The translations under genes and the position numbers were made by a program. This document shows, in pieces, positions 25,331 through 38,454 of a stretch of DNA of 64,000 nucleotides. Origin of the DNA: Octopus sinensis. Lineage: Eukaryota. Each line of letters opens with the position of its first letter. The first letter of the stretch is position 1. The stretch covers positions 26,040,001 to 26,104,000 of the forward strand of contig NC_043008.1 in the NCBI RefSeq assembly GCF_006345805.1, in the 5' to 3' direction. Below the pieces are notes generated by a model that saw nothing but the letters and a program-made list of their open reading frames with translations, was not told the origin of the DNA and searched no databases.

Positions 25331-27581
25331 ATAGTGTTATTATTAAATTTTTGTTAAATAGTAGTCTACCACTTATTCTATGGTTTGTTGAAATTTAGTA
25401 AATTTCAGGAACTAGTGTTGGATATATTCGTTTTGAAGAGACCCACAGTTATATTGTAAAAATTATATCAGCGTTGGTCAGACTTGATGAAACTATGTAA
25501 ACATATGTAAACTGTTGAAAGAACTTTCTAAGAAATTCTTACAGTATTCTTTTATGTTTTATCTACTTATTTATTCATATAGTAGTGTGTAAATTGGAAA
25601 GAGTTAAATATCTGAGCGTTAAATATCTAATGCCAAAAATTTGTTGTATGGTTGGACAGGCAAGTCATTTCTATGGAGTTCACTTTACTTAGCTCTTAGG
25701 TGTGTACATTATGCAAATAAAACCTACTATACAACATCATTCTTTCCAGTCTAAGATTTATCTCACACTTGCTTAATATGAATCCAGAACTAAGCAGCAC
25801 TGGTTTTTGGACAATGATCTCTCCTAAAGATATTTGAATTATTGTATCTCATTCAGTGCCACTCCCCTTGCCAATCTCTTTGGAATTGGTACTAACACTG
25901 AAATTAAATGCAACTAACTATTCTCTTTAAATTTAACACATTTAAACTACTTTCCATAATCAATGAGAAACAAATGGAAAAAGAGTATTTATAAGAAGTG
26001 AGCTGTTATATTTAACATGGCATACTGGAATATATTGGCAGTTACTACATTGATGTAATTGCGATATATGTGATCAGTGAATCGACACCTGCCAAAAACA
26101 TTTCCAACTTGTCTTGTGATATGAAAAACAAATCTCAAAAGTACTTTGCTGCTATTGAAGTAGTGAGCAGGAAAGCAAGCATACAGTATAAAAATGTCAA
26201 GAAATTCTTCTCACTTGCCAAGCTACAAAATGCATTTAAACCTGTAGAGCACTAACTTAAGTGATTTGGTTTTTAGTTTGTATTTTAGAGTGCCAGTAAA
26301 CACTAGAAAAGTAAAACACATTAAACAGTAACAGTAAACTTCATTTTATTTTGATACATAGCTTTTCTGTTATTGTTTCATCTCTTTTGATCGTATAGTG
26401 TTGTCCTAATTCCATCATTTCTCTTATATTCCACTCTGTTTGTTTCTGCTACATCAACCTGTACATCAACACATTCTATTATATACTCGTTGAGTTCCTT
26501 CATTGTTTCTTGTTTTAGTCTATAGCATTTTTGCTTTGTATAAGGTATGTTAACATATTTCCTTTGCATAACAGTAACCTTATTCAAGTGCATTTATAAA
26601 TTGTTATAAATTGTCATATGCATGGAGAATAGTGAGACTCAAAACAATGATGTATATATTCATTCTTAAAATATTCTGGCAGATTTGAATGTGAAGAGGC
26701 TAATCATTGTTGCAGTTTGTCTTCTGAGACAAACTTCGTATTTCAGACAATATGTTTTTATCACACTCAGTTCATTTAGGTAATCAAGTGTCTTATAAAC
26801 AACTGAAAAGAGGAATTGTTCTCCAAAGATGAAGTACAACAGTGATTAACATATTCATGCTCTCATCTGTTGGAACATATCAAGAATGAATATGTACATC
26901 ATTGTTATTTATGAATTACTTTTGCCATTTCTTGACATTGATGCAATCTCCTTAATTTTTGAATTTTTGAGTAGTTCTGATTAATTTCTCCTGCAAGTTG
27001 AGTTTTCATTGAATCATTCTTGTTGTAATAGATTCTCCAGAACCATATCATATATATCACACATTTAGTAATTGGGAAGTTAACATATTTGATGTAATGA
27101 ATCAAGAAACTATATTTAAATTAAATTACATCTGTAGTGATGAAAACAACTAACATCATCTTAATGACTGATTTTGATTAACAAAGAGTGGTTAGGCAAC
27201 CCTAGAATTTAAATCTATTTATATTAAATTCAGTGAAGAGTCAAGCTGAGTTTTGATTGTAAAATGACAATCCCACAGCAAATCTTTTGAGATTTTCCTA
27301 ACTAACAAGCAGTGAACATGGCCCAGCCAGTGAATGCATCACTGTTGCCTTGTGCACAGTTCTGATGCCTGTGCACAAGCCATGATTCAGGAAGTAAACT
27401 TAAATTACAGAATCCAACTCATGCTATATTGGCCAAGGGTATTGAGATGACACATTTGTCCAGAGTGGAAGATCCAGGTCTCACTGTCAAAAGGCAGTAC
27501 ATTGAGGTCACAAAATTTGTAGACTACAACCTGAGTGTGTGCCATTAACTTAATGGTTTCTCAAACTCTCATTGTCTTGTA

Positions 27582-30244
27582 CAGTGGTTCTCAAACTGGG
27601 GTCCATAGTCCCCTAAGGGACCATGAAGCAATTTTAGCAGGACTGCAAAGGGACGGTGAAGTATCATGAAAACAAGTAAGTTAAGTTTAAAAATTTCAAG
27701 ACTTTCATGTTTTTCACATGTTATCATACTTTTTTATCATTAGCCTCAAAAACTCATGCCACTCCTACAGACTCATTGGCTCATCACACTTGTCATACAA
27801 TAAGTGTGATTGACCAATAGAAAGCATGCGGATATATTGGTAGGTCATGCATGTGCTGTTGGTATGGAGAAGGAAACCACAGTGTGTTTTGTGCTCTGAG
27901 GCTTTGGCATCTATCTCATTAAAGCCCAGCAATTAAAGAGGCACTTTGAAATGAAGTATCCTTGTTCAATAAATAGAAATGTCGACTTCTTCAGATGTGA
28001 AGCTGACAGATTGATGAAATCTGAACTTGCTGACACAGAAATGTTTTTGCTGGACATCATGGCTGGTTTGAAAACATCCTATGAGGTTTCAAAGAAATTA
28101 GCTGTTGCCAAAAAGCCCTCAATATCAGCGAAGAGTTGATATTGCCTTGCTGCAAGGATATCATATCGAATATGCTAGGAAATTCTGAACTTCAGAAGCT
28201 AAAGTATGTCTCTCTCTCTCTTAAATAATACTGTTAGCAGGCAAATAACTGAGCTGTCTGATGACATTCTGTTGCAGTTGATCTCTAAGATTCACAATTT
28301 GCTTTTGAACTTTTTCCCAATCCAGCTTGATGAAATGACAGCTTTGCCAACTTAGCCCAACTTTGCATCTATGTATGTTATGTACATAACAATCATCTGG
28401 AGGACGAATTCCTGTTTTGTGAAACCCTCAGTAGCAAAACTACCACGAGGGAAATATATAATAAAGTGGACAAATTTTTTGAGGCACATGATATCAACTG
28501 GAAGCATGTAATTGGCACCTTGGTGATGCTTGGTTGCCATTCCAGTTTCCATACTTTGGTGAAAGAAAAATCCTCAGATGCTATTGGTACACACTGCACA
28601 ATTTATCAACAAACACTATTAGTAAAAACTGTGCCTGATGAGTTAAAAATGTTCTGAATTACGTAATTACTGCGGTGAACTTCATCAAAGTGAGTGCACT
28701 CAACTCCCATCTGTTTGCTAAGCTGTGTAAAAAAAGTGGCTCTAAATTTGAAATGCTTCTTTTGCATTCACAAGTGAGATAGCTTTTGAGAGGAAAAACA
28801 ATCAAAAGGGTCTTCCTTCTACAAAAAGAAGTCCACGATATTTTACAAGATGCCAAGCCAGATTTGCATGCCAAATTCTCTGATGTTCATTTTATCTGCT
28901 TTGCATTTTTGGTGGTCATATTCGAGTCAGTGAATCTTTTATTGCAAGAGAAAGATACAACCATGTTTCATTCTCATGAAAAACTAACTGCTTTCAAAAC
29001 GAAGTTTGAATTTTTTTATTCATTGTCGGATAGAAAGAACTTTGCATCCTTTCCTAAACAAGCTTCAAGTCAATGACGATATTCATGAACTCATGCAACA
29101 ACATGTATCAATTCTTGGCAGAGCCAAATTCTCTTTATTTTCCTGATCTTCATGACTTTGACAAATACTTCCACTTTATCAGGAGCCCCTATGTACTCTC
29201 TGTTAGCGATCTGCCAGCAGAAGACAATTTAATTCAAGAGCAGTTCATTGATTTGGTCCATGGCTGACATACAAAATGATTTTTCCCTGTGAAAACTGCT
29301 GTTCTGACTGTTGGATTGAAATGGCATGGTCATATCTTGATGTGTAAAGATGTCTCTTAAAGTACTGATGCTATTTCCAACCATCTATGAGTATGAAACT
29401 GCATTTTCCACTTTCCTTGCATTCAAAAGGAAATCATGAAATCAATTGGATGTCATAAAACCAACTGGATGTAACACAAGAAATGAAGGCTGCTCTCTCT
29501 TAAACAGAGCTGGTTACTTTGCTGTATATAAAATGATAGATGGTCCATTTTGTGAATAAATAATTTCTTATATAATTTCTTTTGTCATGTTATGTATTAG
29601 GGATTCAGGAAAAGGAATGCAAACCTTCAGAGGAGGAGGAGGAGAAGATGGTGCTTCTATTCAAATTGTGTAATTTTCCGTGCATACTTGCAGTCCAATT
29701 GGCAGAAACTTCAGTACATTTTTGGATGCTATTATAATTCTTCTGCTGAAATTTGGTTTATATGCACCTCTTGGATAATCAGTACGAGGAGTGACCTGAA
29801 AATGGGGAGGGATAGCGTCCCAAACATGGTGAAAGGAGAAGGTGATGACAAAAGTCCAAGAACCACTGTCATGTACGTATATATACTGTAGTTTTTGGTG
29901 CATGACCCATGGTTTCTTTCTCTGCAGTTGTCAATATAGGATGCTCAAGATATTTTTGGACTGTTTTTGTTTCTCATTTGTTTTGTTACTAATTGATCAA
30001 CTGATTCCCCATATGTGCATGTGTATTTATGGTATCCTAATGGGGCATTGCTTGGATTAAGTTGTGATTTTCAGGGTTGTGGGTCAATGGGCAGTGTGCT
30101 TCATAGACTAGAAATTATGCCACATGAATGTATGTCATTTGTTTCCATGTCGATTCTTCTGCACTTTATAGGGGAGTTGCAAATCATCAAAAAAACTGTG
30201 AGGGGATGGCACATAAAATGTTGTGAAAAGTTTGAGAACCATTG
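27582..30244 (+). mobile_element. hAT DNA transposon (Buster/ZBED8-like transposase, decayed)
   Basis: TIRs CAGTGGTTCTCAAACT / AGTTTGAGAACCATTG; identical 8-bp TSD GTCTTGTA at 27574-27581 and 30245-30252; transposase fragments such as IGTHCTIYQQTLLVKT and RGKTIKRVFLLQKEV. Confidence 0.9.
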
Positions 30245-31235
30245 GTCTTGTATGAGGATTTTAGTCAGTAAACTATAAGTAGCAGGATTAACAAAAAATG
30301 TCTTTGTGAAAATAGGGATGGATGACTTCTACAATAGTAAACTGATAGCAGAATGGTTATTAACATACTTAAGAATTTTAGCAGAATTATTGATAATATA
30401 TTGGTTATGTACATTAGTATAAGATTATAAAGTTATGGTATTAGTTAAACAAGTAAGATTTTATAGCATTCATACTTTTCCCAAGAGTATTTTGTAATAT
30501 GAAACTTCTACTGGATAATAGTCATTGTTCACTATAAGTGAACAATCTACTGAACAATGCTTTTAGTGATGTATTGATGATTATTTTTGAGGCCATGTGG
30601 TAATCTATAATCACATTCTAATATTTTTCTAATGCAATGAATAATAGTTTATGAGAACTGTCATTGTGTCAGCTCACTTATAAAACATTATTTTACAAAT
30701 AGTTGGATAATTAATATCTGCCATGATATCAGTTTATTTCTTTTCCAGTGATGACTATTTAATTACTTGGTATTTGGTTAAAATTTAAAAATAAAATGTA
30801 GTAATATTTTAAACTGGCAGAAATGTTTCATATTGACTGCTCCTCCAAATAAGAGCAAAGCTCATTGATACACTCAACCTTTTTGTGTAGAAAGTATAAG
30901 CAGATTAATTCACATATTTCTGAAGCAGGATTTTATTTATAAAATATTGTCTGTTAGTAAAACATTTTCATCATAATATTACGCTATAAAAATTTTAACT
31001 ACATGCTTATAAAGTCAGATTGCCTAAAGTGAGGAATGGTTTAAACTCAACCCATAGCAACTGTGAGTTACAAGAGGAACCAGCCTATATGACGATAAAG
31101 GAAGGAAACCAATGTTATGAATAGCTGAGAGAGCAAGAGCTTTTAACGGTAACCCTGTTTAGTTGATAGGATTTGTTTGGTACTTTATGATTTCAGTCTT
31201 TATAATGATGATGGTCATAGAAGTTTGGTGGGTTA

Positions 31236-32655
31236 ATATAAAGATCTTCACCTGTTAACAAAAACAAAACAGCCTGCTGGGTGTTAACAACTGTGTAGAA
31301 AACAAATATGACAAAAAAAAATTTGCGCAAACCAACCTGGGGGTGGGGAGGGGGACTTTTGGAAAATTCACAAGATCCAATTCTTCTATTTTAACTTTCA
31401 GGAAAATGGATAGATATTGATATTTTTTTTTACAGAATTCCACGTTTTTGGAAAACGTGGAATCCAATTCGGAAAATAAATTTTCAAAATTTCAATCCTT
31501 GGCCTTCAAGCAGGCTATCCAATGCTAAAAATAACAGCCAAATCTCACAAAACTGCAATAACATAATGACAGAAATATGTAATCAATCTACTCTGTTGTT
31601 TTGTCTGTTTCTGCATGCATTATAGTGAAACAGTAAAAGGATCACAGCAGTGTCCTGTCAGTAAAACGGGAAAAAACCCCAAAAACTGTCTAATAGGTGT
31701 TCATTATGGTATTGCAGTTTTCTGAGATTTGGCAATTATTTCTAGCATGTGGATAGCCTGCTTGAAGACTAAGGCCTTAGAATTCGGAGGGGAGGAGGTT
31801 GGGGGTATATATATATTCTTTTTTGTTGAAAAATTGAAATTTTACAGACAAATTTTATTCAGAATCCTAATCTTTGTATTTTTCTACGTATTTTGCAAAA
31901 AAAAAAAAAAACTTTCCTGAAAAAGTGAAAAACGAAGGGGAGAGGAGTTGAAGTTTTGAAAATGCGATTTTTGAAAATTTTTTTCAGGATTGGATCCTCC
32001 ATGACCAAAAATGTGAGATTCCGTACAAAAAACTCAATGCTGTGTGGTAAGTAGCTTGCTTACGAACCACATGTTTCATAGGTTCAGTCCTACTGTGTGG
32101 CACTTTGGGCAAGTGTCTTCTACTATAGCCTCGAGGCGACCAAAGCCTTATGAGTGGATTTGGTAGACAGAAACTGAAAGAAGCCCGTCGTGTATATGTA
32201 TATATATATATATTTATATACATATATAAATGTATGTGTGTGTGTGTGTGTTTGTGTGTCTGTGTTTGACCCCCAACATCGCTTGACAACTGATGCTGGA
32301 GTGTTTACATCCCCATAACTTAGCGGTTTAGCAAAAGTGACCGATACTATAAGTACTAGGCTTACAAATAATAAATCCTGGGGTCGATTTGCTCGACTAA
32401 AAGCAGTGCTCCAGCATAGCCACAGTCAAATGGCTGAAACAAGCAAAAGAGTGAAAGAGCAAAGAGTATCCATTTTCCTGAAAGTTATGGCAGGAAAATC
32501 GGATCTTGTGAATTTTCTGAAAGTCCTCTCCCCAACCCCCAGATTAGTTTCCGCAATTTTTTTTTTGTCATATTTGTTTTCTTCACAGTTGTCAACACCC
32601 AGCATGCTGGTTTTTATTTGTTTTTGTTAATGAGTGAAGATCTTTATATAAACCT
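31236..32655. mobile_element. Foldback/large MITE with long nested inverted repeats and an internal SINE
   Basis: 31236-31420 is approximately the reverse complement of 32460-32655; inner arms ~31495-31580 and ~31700-31780. Confidence 0.8.
32030..32455 (+). mobile_element. SINE family A (nested in the foldback element)
   Basis: GGTTCAGTCC B-box-like head, shared core and tail. Confidence 0.85.
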
Positions 32656-32824
32656 TTTGATGTAGGTAATTAACATTAACAATGCAAAGTCCTTCACCTA
32701 TGATACAACATAGGTGGCAATATGTGGAATATTTTCATCAGCTGTTCTCAGAAAATCCATTGTTTCATAATTGTTCTAATTTTTCAAACAACTAATCACA
32801 TGGGAAGCAAATTTGAACCATGGG

Positions 32825-33215
32825 ATAGGCGCAGGTGTGGTCATGTAGTAAGAAGCTTGCTTCCTAACTACATGGTTCTGGGTTCACTTCCATTGTCACA
32901 CCCTGGGAAAGTGTCTTCTACCATAAGATTAGGCTGATCAAAGCCTTGTGAATGGATTTGGTAGACAAAAGCTGAAAGAAGCTCATTGTATATATAAATG
33001 TGTGTGTGTGTTTGTTCCCCTACCACTGCTTGACAACCAGTGTCAATGTATTTATGTCCAAGTTACTGAGTGATTTGGTAAAAAGACACCAATAGAATAA
33101 ATACCAGGCTGAAAAAAATTTAAGTACTGGGGTTAATTCATTTGACTAAAAATTCTTCAAGGTGGAGTCCCAGCATGGTCACATGGAGACAAATAAAAGA
33201 TAAAAAACTAAAAGA
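32825..33215 (+). mobile_element. SINE family A
   Basis: Shared head, core and tail. Confidence 0.85.
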
Positions 33216-33404
33216 TACTGAGTTGTCAGATAAATTTGTTTATTGCTTTCAATTGTTATTTGAATTAACTTGAAAATGTTTCTGTCATAGTGTTTTAAGT
33301 ATTTTTCGTTTGTAACTGTTCTTCCGATGCAGCGTTTGTTCATCAATTTTGAAATTTGAACAAATTTTTACCATTTTTCAAAGAGATGGAGTGTCAGAAG
33401 ATAA

Positions 33405-34340
33405 AAATGAGCATTTTTGACATTTTGCTTCTCTTCAATTTTGACCAAGACTCCAAAGCTGCCAAAGATACTTGAGACATTTGTGCTGTGTATAGGAATA
33501 CTGCCATTACTAAAAGAACTGCTTAGAAATAGGAGGGACAATTTGACCTCACTGACTTTCTGTGTTTCGGTTGACCTGTTCAATTCAACAAAGATTGATC
33601 AAACAAACTCATCTATGAGAATCCACACCAATCCCACTAAGTAGTGTTGAGAGGCTCTCAGAATATCATAGCCCATCACCTTCACTTAATGAGTAAGGTC
33701 CAAAACTTGGTGCATGGTTACTAGGTCCTCTGAACAAAAGAGACAAACTTTAGTGCTCTTCTTTCAGGGCCCATTTCCTTGCTCAATACCTGACTACTCA
33801 TGGACACAAACAGATTTCTTTATTGCGTTGTCCCTGGAGATGAAAAATGATATCTTTATGTGAATATGAAGCTGAGGAAGGAATGGCTGAATCCTGAGTT
33901 AAGCCAGACATGCATCCATGCAGCACAAGGATCTGCATTTGGTGGGATTGAAAAGAGCTAATATACTTTGAAATGCTTGAAAACAACAATACCAGAGATT
34001 TATGTTCAGTAAATGCACCAACTCATAACAACACTTGCTCTCATATTGCCAAAATGACCAAAAATGCTCTTTGAGAGTGTGGATGGGAAGTTTTACTATA
34101 CTTTGAATACTGATGTAGCACCTTCAGATTATACACTTTTTTAATCGTTTTCCTATAGCCAGCAAGACATTTAACTCAGTAATGACATGGGGCTGAAAAC
34201 AAAGCATTATGATTTCTTTGAGTCAAGACTTGGCAATTTCTACTGTTATTTCTTTAGCTAGTGGGACATTGGTAAACAGTCATTAGCCAGAAAGGAGGAT
34301 ATATCATTAACTGATCTATTAAAACTGTTCAATATGGATT
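33405..34340 (+). mobile_element. Mariner transposase remnant
   Basis: Same N-terminal region as 10265-10915; ICIWWD and WEVL..DVAPSDY-like motifs. Confidence 0.8.
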
Positions 34341-34569
34341 AAAATGGATGGTGGTGGGGGAAACAAACAGATATGCATATATATCCTGGCTTTGAGTAAA
34401 AAATATACAGGAGGATCAGTTAATTATGATTTTATTCACCATATTTCCCTCACAGATTCACACACCTATTGTAGCACTCCTTTACTTTTTCTGAGCCCTG
34501 TAAAAGAGCCTCCAACCAGGCCTTTTGTGATACCCTAAGCCAGGAACTTCCCAGCACCCATTTTCTCTT

Positions 34570-34925
34570 TTCTCTTTTACTTGTTTCAGTCATTTGACTG
34601 TGGCCATCCTTGAGCACTGCCTTTAGTCAAGCAAATCGATCCCAGGACTTATTCTTTGGAAGCCTAGTACTCATTCTATTGGTCTCTTTTGCAAACTGCT
34701 AAGTTACGGGAATGTAAACACACCACCATCGGTTGTCAAGCGATGTTGGGGGACAAACATATACACACACCTACATATATATACATATATACAACAGGCT
34801 TCTTTCAGTTTCCATCTACCAAATCCACTCTCAAGGCTTTGGTCTGCCCGAGGCTATAGTAGAAGATACTTACCCAAGGTGCCACGCAGTGGGAATGAAC
34901 CCAGAACCATGTGGTTTGTAAGCAA
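34570..34925 (-). mobile_element. SINE family A
   Basis: Reverse complement of the family A sequence. Confidence 0.85.
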
Positions 34926-35018
34926 AATACTGTGCCCACATATGCATCTATATATACGTATAGATGTAAGTATGTACATATGCATATGTATATATGCATA
35001 TATACATATTATTTATAT

Positions 35019-35051
<33 letters not shown>

Positions 35052-35104
35052 CTGTGTGTGTGCAGGTGTATTGTTACCCTGTTGTCTTTGTATATTAGAC
35101 TATA

Positions 35105-35592
35105 TATTACATGGAAAAATGCGAGCATGAAAAGTCATATTCTTAAGATTATAAACCTGAAAAAGTATAGGACAAGATATTACTTGTTGTAAAGTAAAGA
35201 ATAAGAAACTTTTTACTTAAAATATTGCAGCAAAGAATGCCAGTTCTTCTAATTTATCACACTTTACAGTTCTCATCTTTTAAATTTATAGTACAAAACT
35301 ATTCAGCTAATTTGTAAGTTTGTCTAATTAGTCACTTTTTTCTGTATTTAAGGTAGTAAATCAGCCAAATTCTACTTAAATAAGTATAGTGTTATTTGTA
35401 TACTATAATAAGTTCTAATATTCAAATCTTAATTTTAGCTGCAGTATTTAAAGTAAAAAGTTTCTTATTCGTTGCTTTACTAGAAGTAATAGCTTGTCTT
35501 ATACTTTTACAGGTGTAATAACTTGTCCTGTACTTTCTCAGGTTTATAATCTTAAGAATATTACTTTTCCTGCTTGCCTTTTTCCATGTAAT
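35105..35592. repeat. AT-rich inverted-repeat element (MITE-like)
   Basis: 35107-35230 is approximately the reverse complement of 35438-35592, with a small internal duplication in the right arm. Confidence 0.7.
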
Positions 35593-37840
35593 CGATGATT
35601 TTTCCAGGCATTGCTGTTATAAGACAATGAATAATGCGTCAATAATTTAAGATTTTACCTTATAAAATACTGAAAGATAATATTTTAATTTCTCCATGTA
35701 AGTGAGGATAACATTTCAATTTTTTTCATGTTTAATTTAAATATATGCTGTGATTGAATTATTTGATATTACCCATACACACCAAATTAAGGGCAGGGAT
35801 TTTTACCATGTTGTTGGTTGCACCATGGCTCACTAAAAGTTACAAACAACAAGACCCCAAAACCATGAGTTACCATGTTCACCTTAAGTAACATAATTTT
35901 GCAATATTAGGAGGTCACAGGAATTCATTCAACATAAAAAAAAATTTCTAATGACTCAGGGATTGGGTTGGGGGTACCCCATTTTTTCCGAACCAAAATA
36001 AGGGGTTTGCAGCATATTAGGAGGTGAGAGTACTTGATTCCACACAAAAAATCAATTTTTTGTTTTCATAGTGAAAATCGTGTGGATGCTAATATAGAAA
36101 TTAACCATAATGTTGTTATTTAACCTCAAATTAACCCTGATACTGCAAACGTATCATCAATGAAATTCCAGCCTTCAGCAAACCATCTTTTTAGGGATAA
36201 TCTAGGACATTACATACAATGGGTGTGTTATTTAGGTAGAGGGATACTTTGGGTGCTATTTTTAGTGTGTCAAGCGACCAGGTAGGGATGCTTTCGTTGG
36301 GTCAGTTGTATGATGAGATTTTTTTACACATATCTGTAATATGTATATATATCATCGGCAGAAGTTAGTCAGTCAAAAGCTGGTAATTTTGTGTATTGGC
36401 ACTTATCTAACATGAATTTGTCCATTGTCACTCTGTAACTTCTGACGAAATAACTTCTAAAATACAAAATTTTGTCAGAAACATTAAAAGTAAACCCTGT
36501 TCTTTGTGACACATTCTACCAGTATCGGAAATTTCAAAGTGTTTAGTTAAAAAAAAAGTTAATTAAATAATCTGTACATCAAATTGAATAGATCCAAAAT
36601 GGATGAAAAGCAAAGCTGACCTCAGCAGTATATGAACTCAAAACATTTGTTAACGTTTCTGCCATCTCACTGCCTCAGAATATAAGCATTCATTTTGAAA
36701 ATATATTCTTATTGCTTGGTGCGTTACTCCCATACTTCCTCAATTATTTCACATTTCATTACATTTTACCTCATAACTCTTTTTCTACTAATTTTTGGTC
36801 AATGTGACTAACGATTCTGAATTCCTCATGCAGTTTTCTATCATTTACGCCTTAGAAAAGTATACTTTTATTTTAAAATGAAAAAATTTATGTTAATTCA
36901 AGATGAATACTTGCTTTACTGCCCACTTTGAGAACTCACATATTCTGATGTAACATTTTTCTACTGAACCAAATCTCAAACTATTTATACCAAAGTGTAG
37001 CTGAGGAGGTCTCCTCTTTAAAACTATTAATAGTTTGTAAGTTAGTTGAGAACTGAATTAGTGGTGAACCTTGGAATCTGCTGCAATTGACGAAATGGTT
37101 GAATGGTATATACATATATATATACATTTATGTAAATAATTTACAATATGGTATAACTTTGCAGAGAGAGGATTGGATAAAGCATATTATTTGTATTGGT
37201 TGAGAAACAAAATATCAGAATGCAATGCTTTTTCTTTTATTACATTAAAATTTTTGGTTGCAAGTTATTTAGTACTATTTTCCTACAGTATGGCAGCACA
37301 GATAACATAAATAGTTCTAAAAAACTGAACAAAGTATATTAGAATTTTTTCTCAAAGAAGTTTTAATTTTGAAAATATTAGCTTTAGAATTTTTACAAAC
37401 TATCTTCATGTAATAAGAAATTCTATTAGTAGCACAAAATGCTCCATCTCAATGTCGATGATCAGCTTTATTTATGAATTATATCTTTATCAGGCGAGTG
37501 ATGTAGCTCTTTGCATTCACTACATGGTGCAATATAATCCTATCTATTTACATCCAATAAAAACTATTGAGCAAATAATTTTCAGAAGAATATTCAATGA
37601 ATATGAAAAAATATTTTCATTCAGAATGTTTATAATTAAATATGAATAACTAAAAATGACTGGATAATCAAAAACAGCCATTGCAATATATATTGAAATG
37701 TATATTTACAAAATGTGGTACTAATATTGCTGGACCATATATATATATATATACCAGAGTAAGCACATAAATGTGAAACAAGGTGGAAAAAAGAGTACTC
37801 AAATACCAGAAGTAGAGTAATATGCTTTATTTTAACAAAA

Positions 37841-37878
37841 CTGTCTGATGAACGGGAATGTGAAACTCTGAGTAACAG
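37841..37878 (+). ncRNA. Canonical-core minimal type I hammerhead ribozyme
   Basis: CTGT CTGATGA ACG-GGAA-TGT GAAA CTCTGAG TA ACAG. All core nucleotides present; stems I (4 bp), II (3 bp) and III pair; GUA cleavage triplet at 37872-37874. Confidence 0.7.
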
Positions 37879-37924
37879 AGTTAGTTTGGTATTATAAGAA
37901 CAACTCAAAATAAGGTGAATTAAA

Positions 37925-38055
37925 AAATAAGCAACAGGATATCATGATGTGATGCAGTATGACCATTTCAAGTGACTCCATTTAATTGAAAATGCAATCA
38001 TTATTACATCAATTTAAATGCAGGGCTATCCTCAGCTGCATAAATAAATATAATT

Positions 38056-38099
<44 letters not shown>

Positions 38100-38412
38100 C
38101 AGGTGTATTGTTACTCTGTTGTCTTTGTATATTACAAGCTATGACCCTAACAAACTTCATGCAGCTCTTAGAAGTGTAGTATATTCTGAGTCATATTAGT
38201 AGCAACATGGACTTTCTCCCTTTTCCTGCTCTATTAGAGAATTTGAGTAAAATTATATGAATGTGCCCAACTGATTAAGAAATTCTATTCGTTTATGCAG
38301 CTGAGGATCGCCCTGCCTTTAAATTGATGTAATGATTGCATTGTTCAATTAAATGGAGCCAGTTGAAACGGTTGTACAGCATCACCTCTTGATATCCTGT
38401 TGCTTATTTTGA
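37925..38412. repeat. Inverted repeat pair (~120-bp arms)
   Basis: 37925-38045 is approximately the reverse complement of 38291-38412. Confidence 0.65.
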
Positions 38413-38454
38413 TTATACATATATATATATATATAATATATATATATATAATCA

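Larger units (their letters stand above)
1040..30660 (+). pseudogene. RTTN: Rotatin-like pseudogene, copy 1 (N-terminus lies upstream of the window)
   Basis: Collinear translated motifs vs recalled human RTTN: SLSMLRIF (1200-1223)~KSMLRLL; QQEILLGK|VTLFED (8221-8244|8434-8451)~TQEILDALKLSTED; HQNDRL..EWTKAL (8576-8640)~LLNDRL..AWHTAL; LFQFEVA..KQC|SVKKELPHF~VFQTQLA..LQCLKVTDAPHF; IIVTPDSL..LAP..MLLEFFFSL (~15658-15830)~VFVTPSLL..IAP..FLLEYLSSL; VVSRKA (26160-26177)~AVSRRA; VKRLIIVAVCLLRQTSY~IKELSIAMQLLRNCLY; LT*WFLKL~LTILWLKL; LLIIYWLC~LLIFHNVC. Many in-frame stops and some frameshifts. Confidence 0.72.

Noticed and set aside
30660-30990. An alternative placement of the copy 1 C-terminus near 30840-30980, which would make the spacer only ~100 nt
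   Set aside because: The single-frame block 30315-30660 aligns collinearly and more convincingly with the RTTN C-terminus, so the later placement was dropped.
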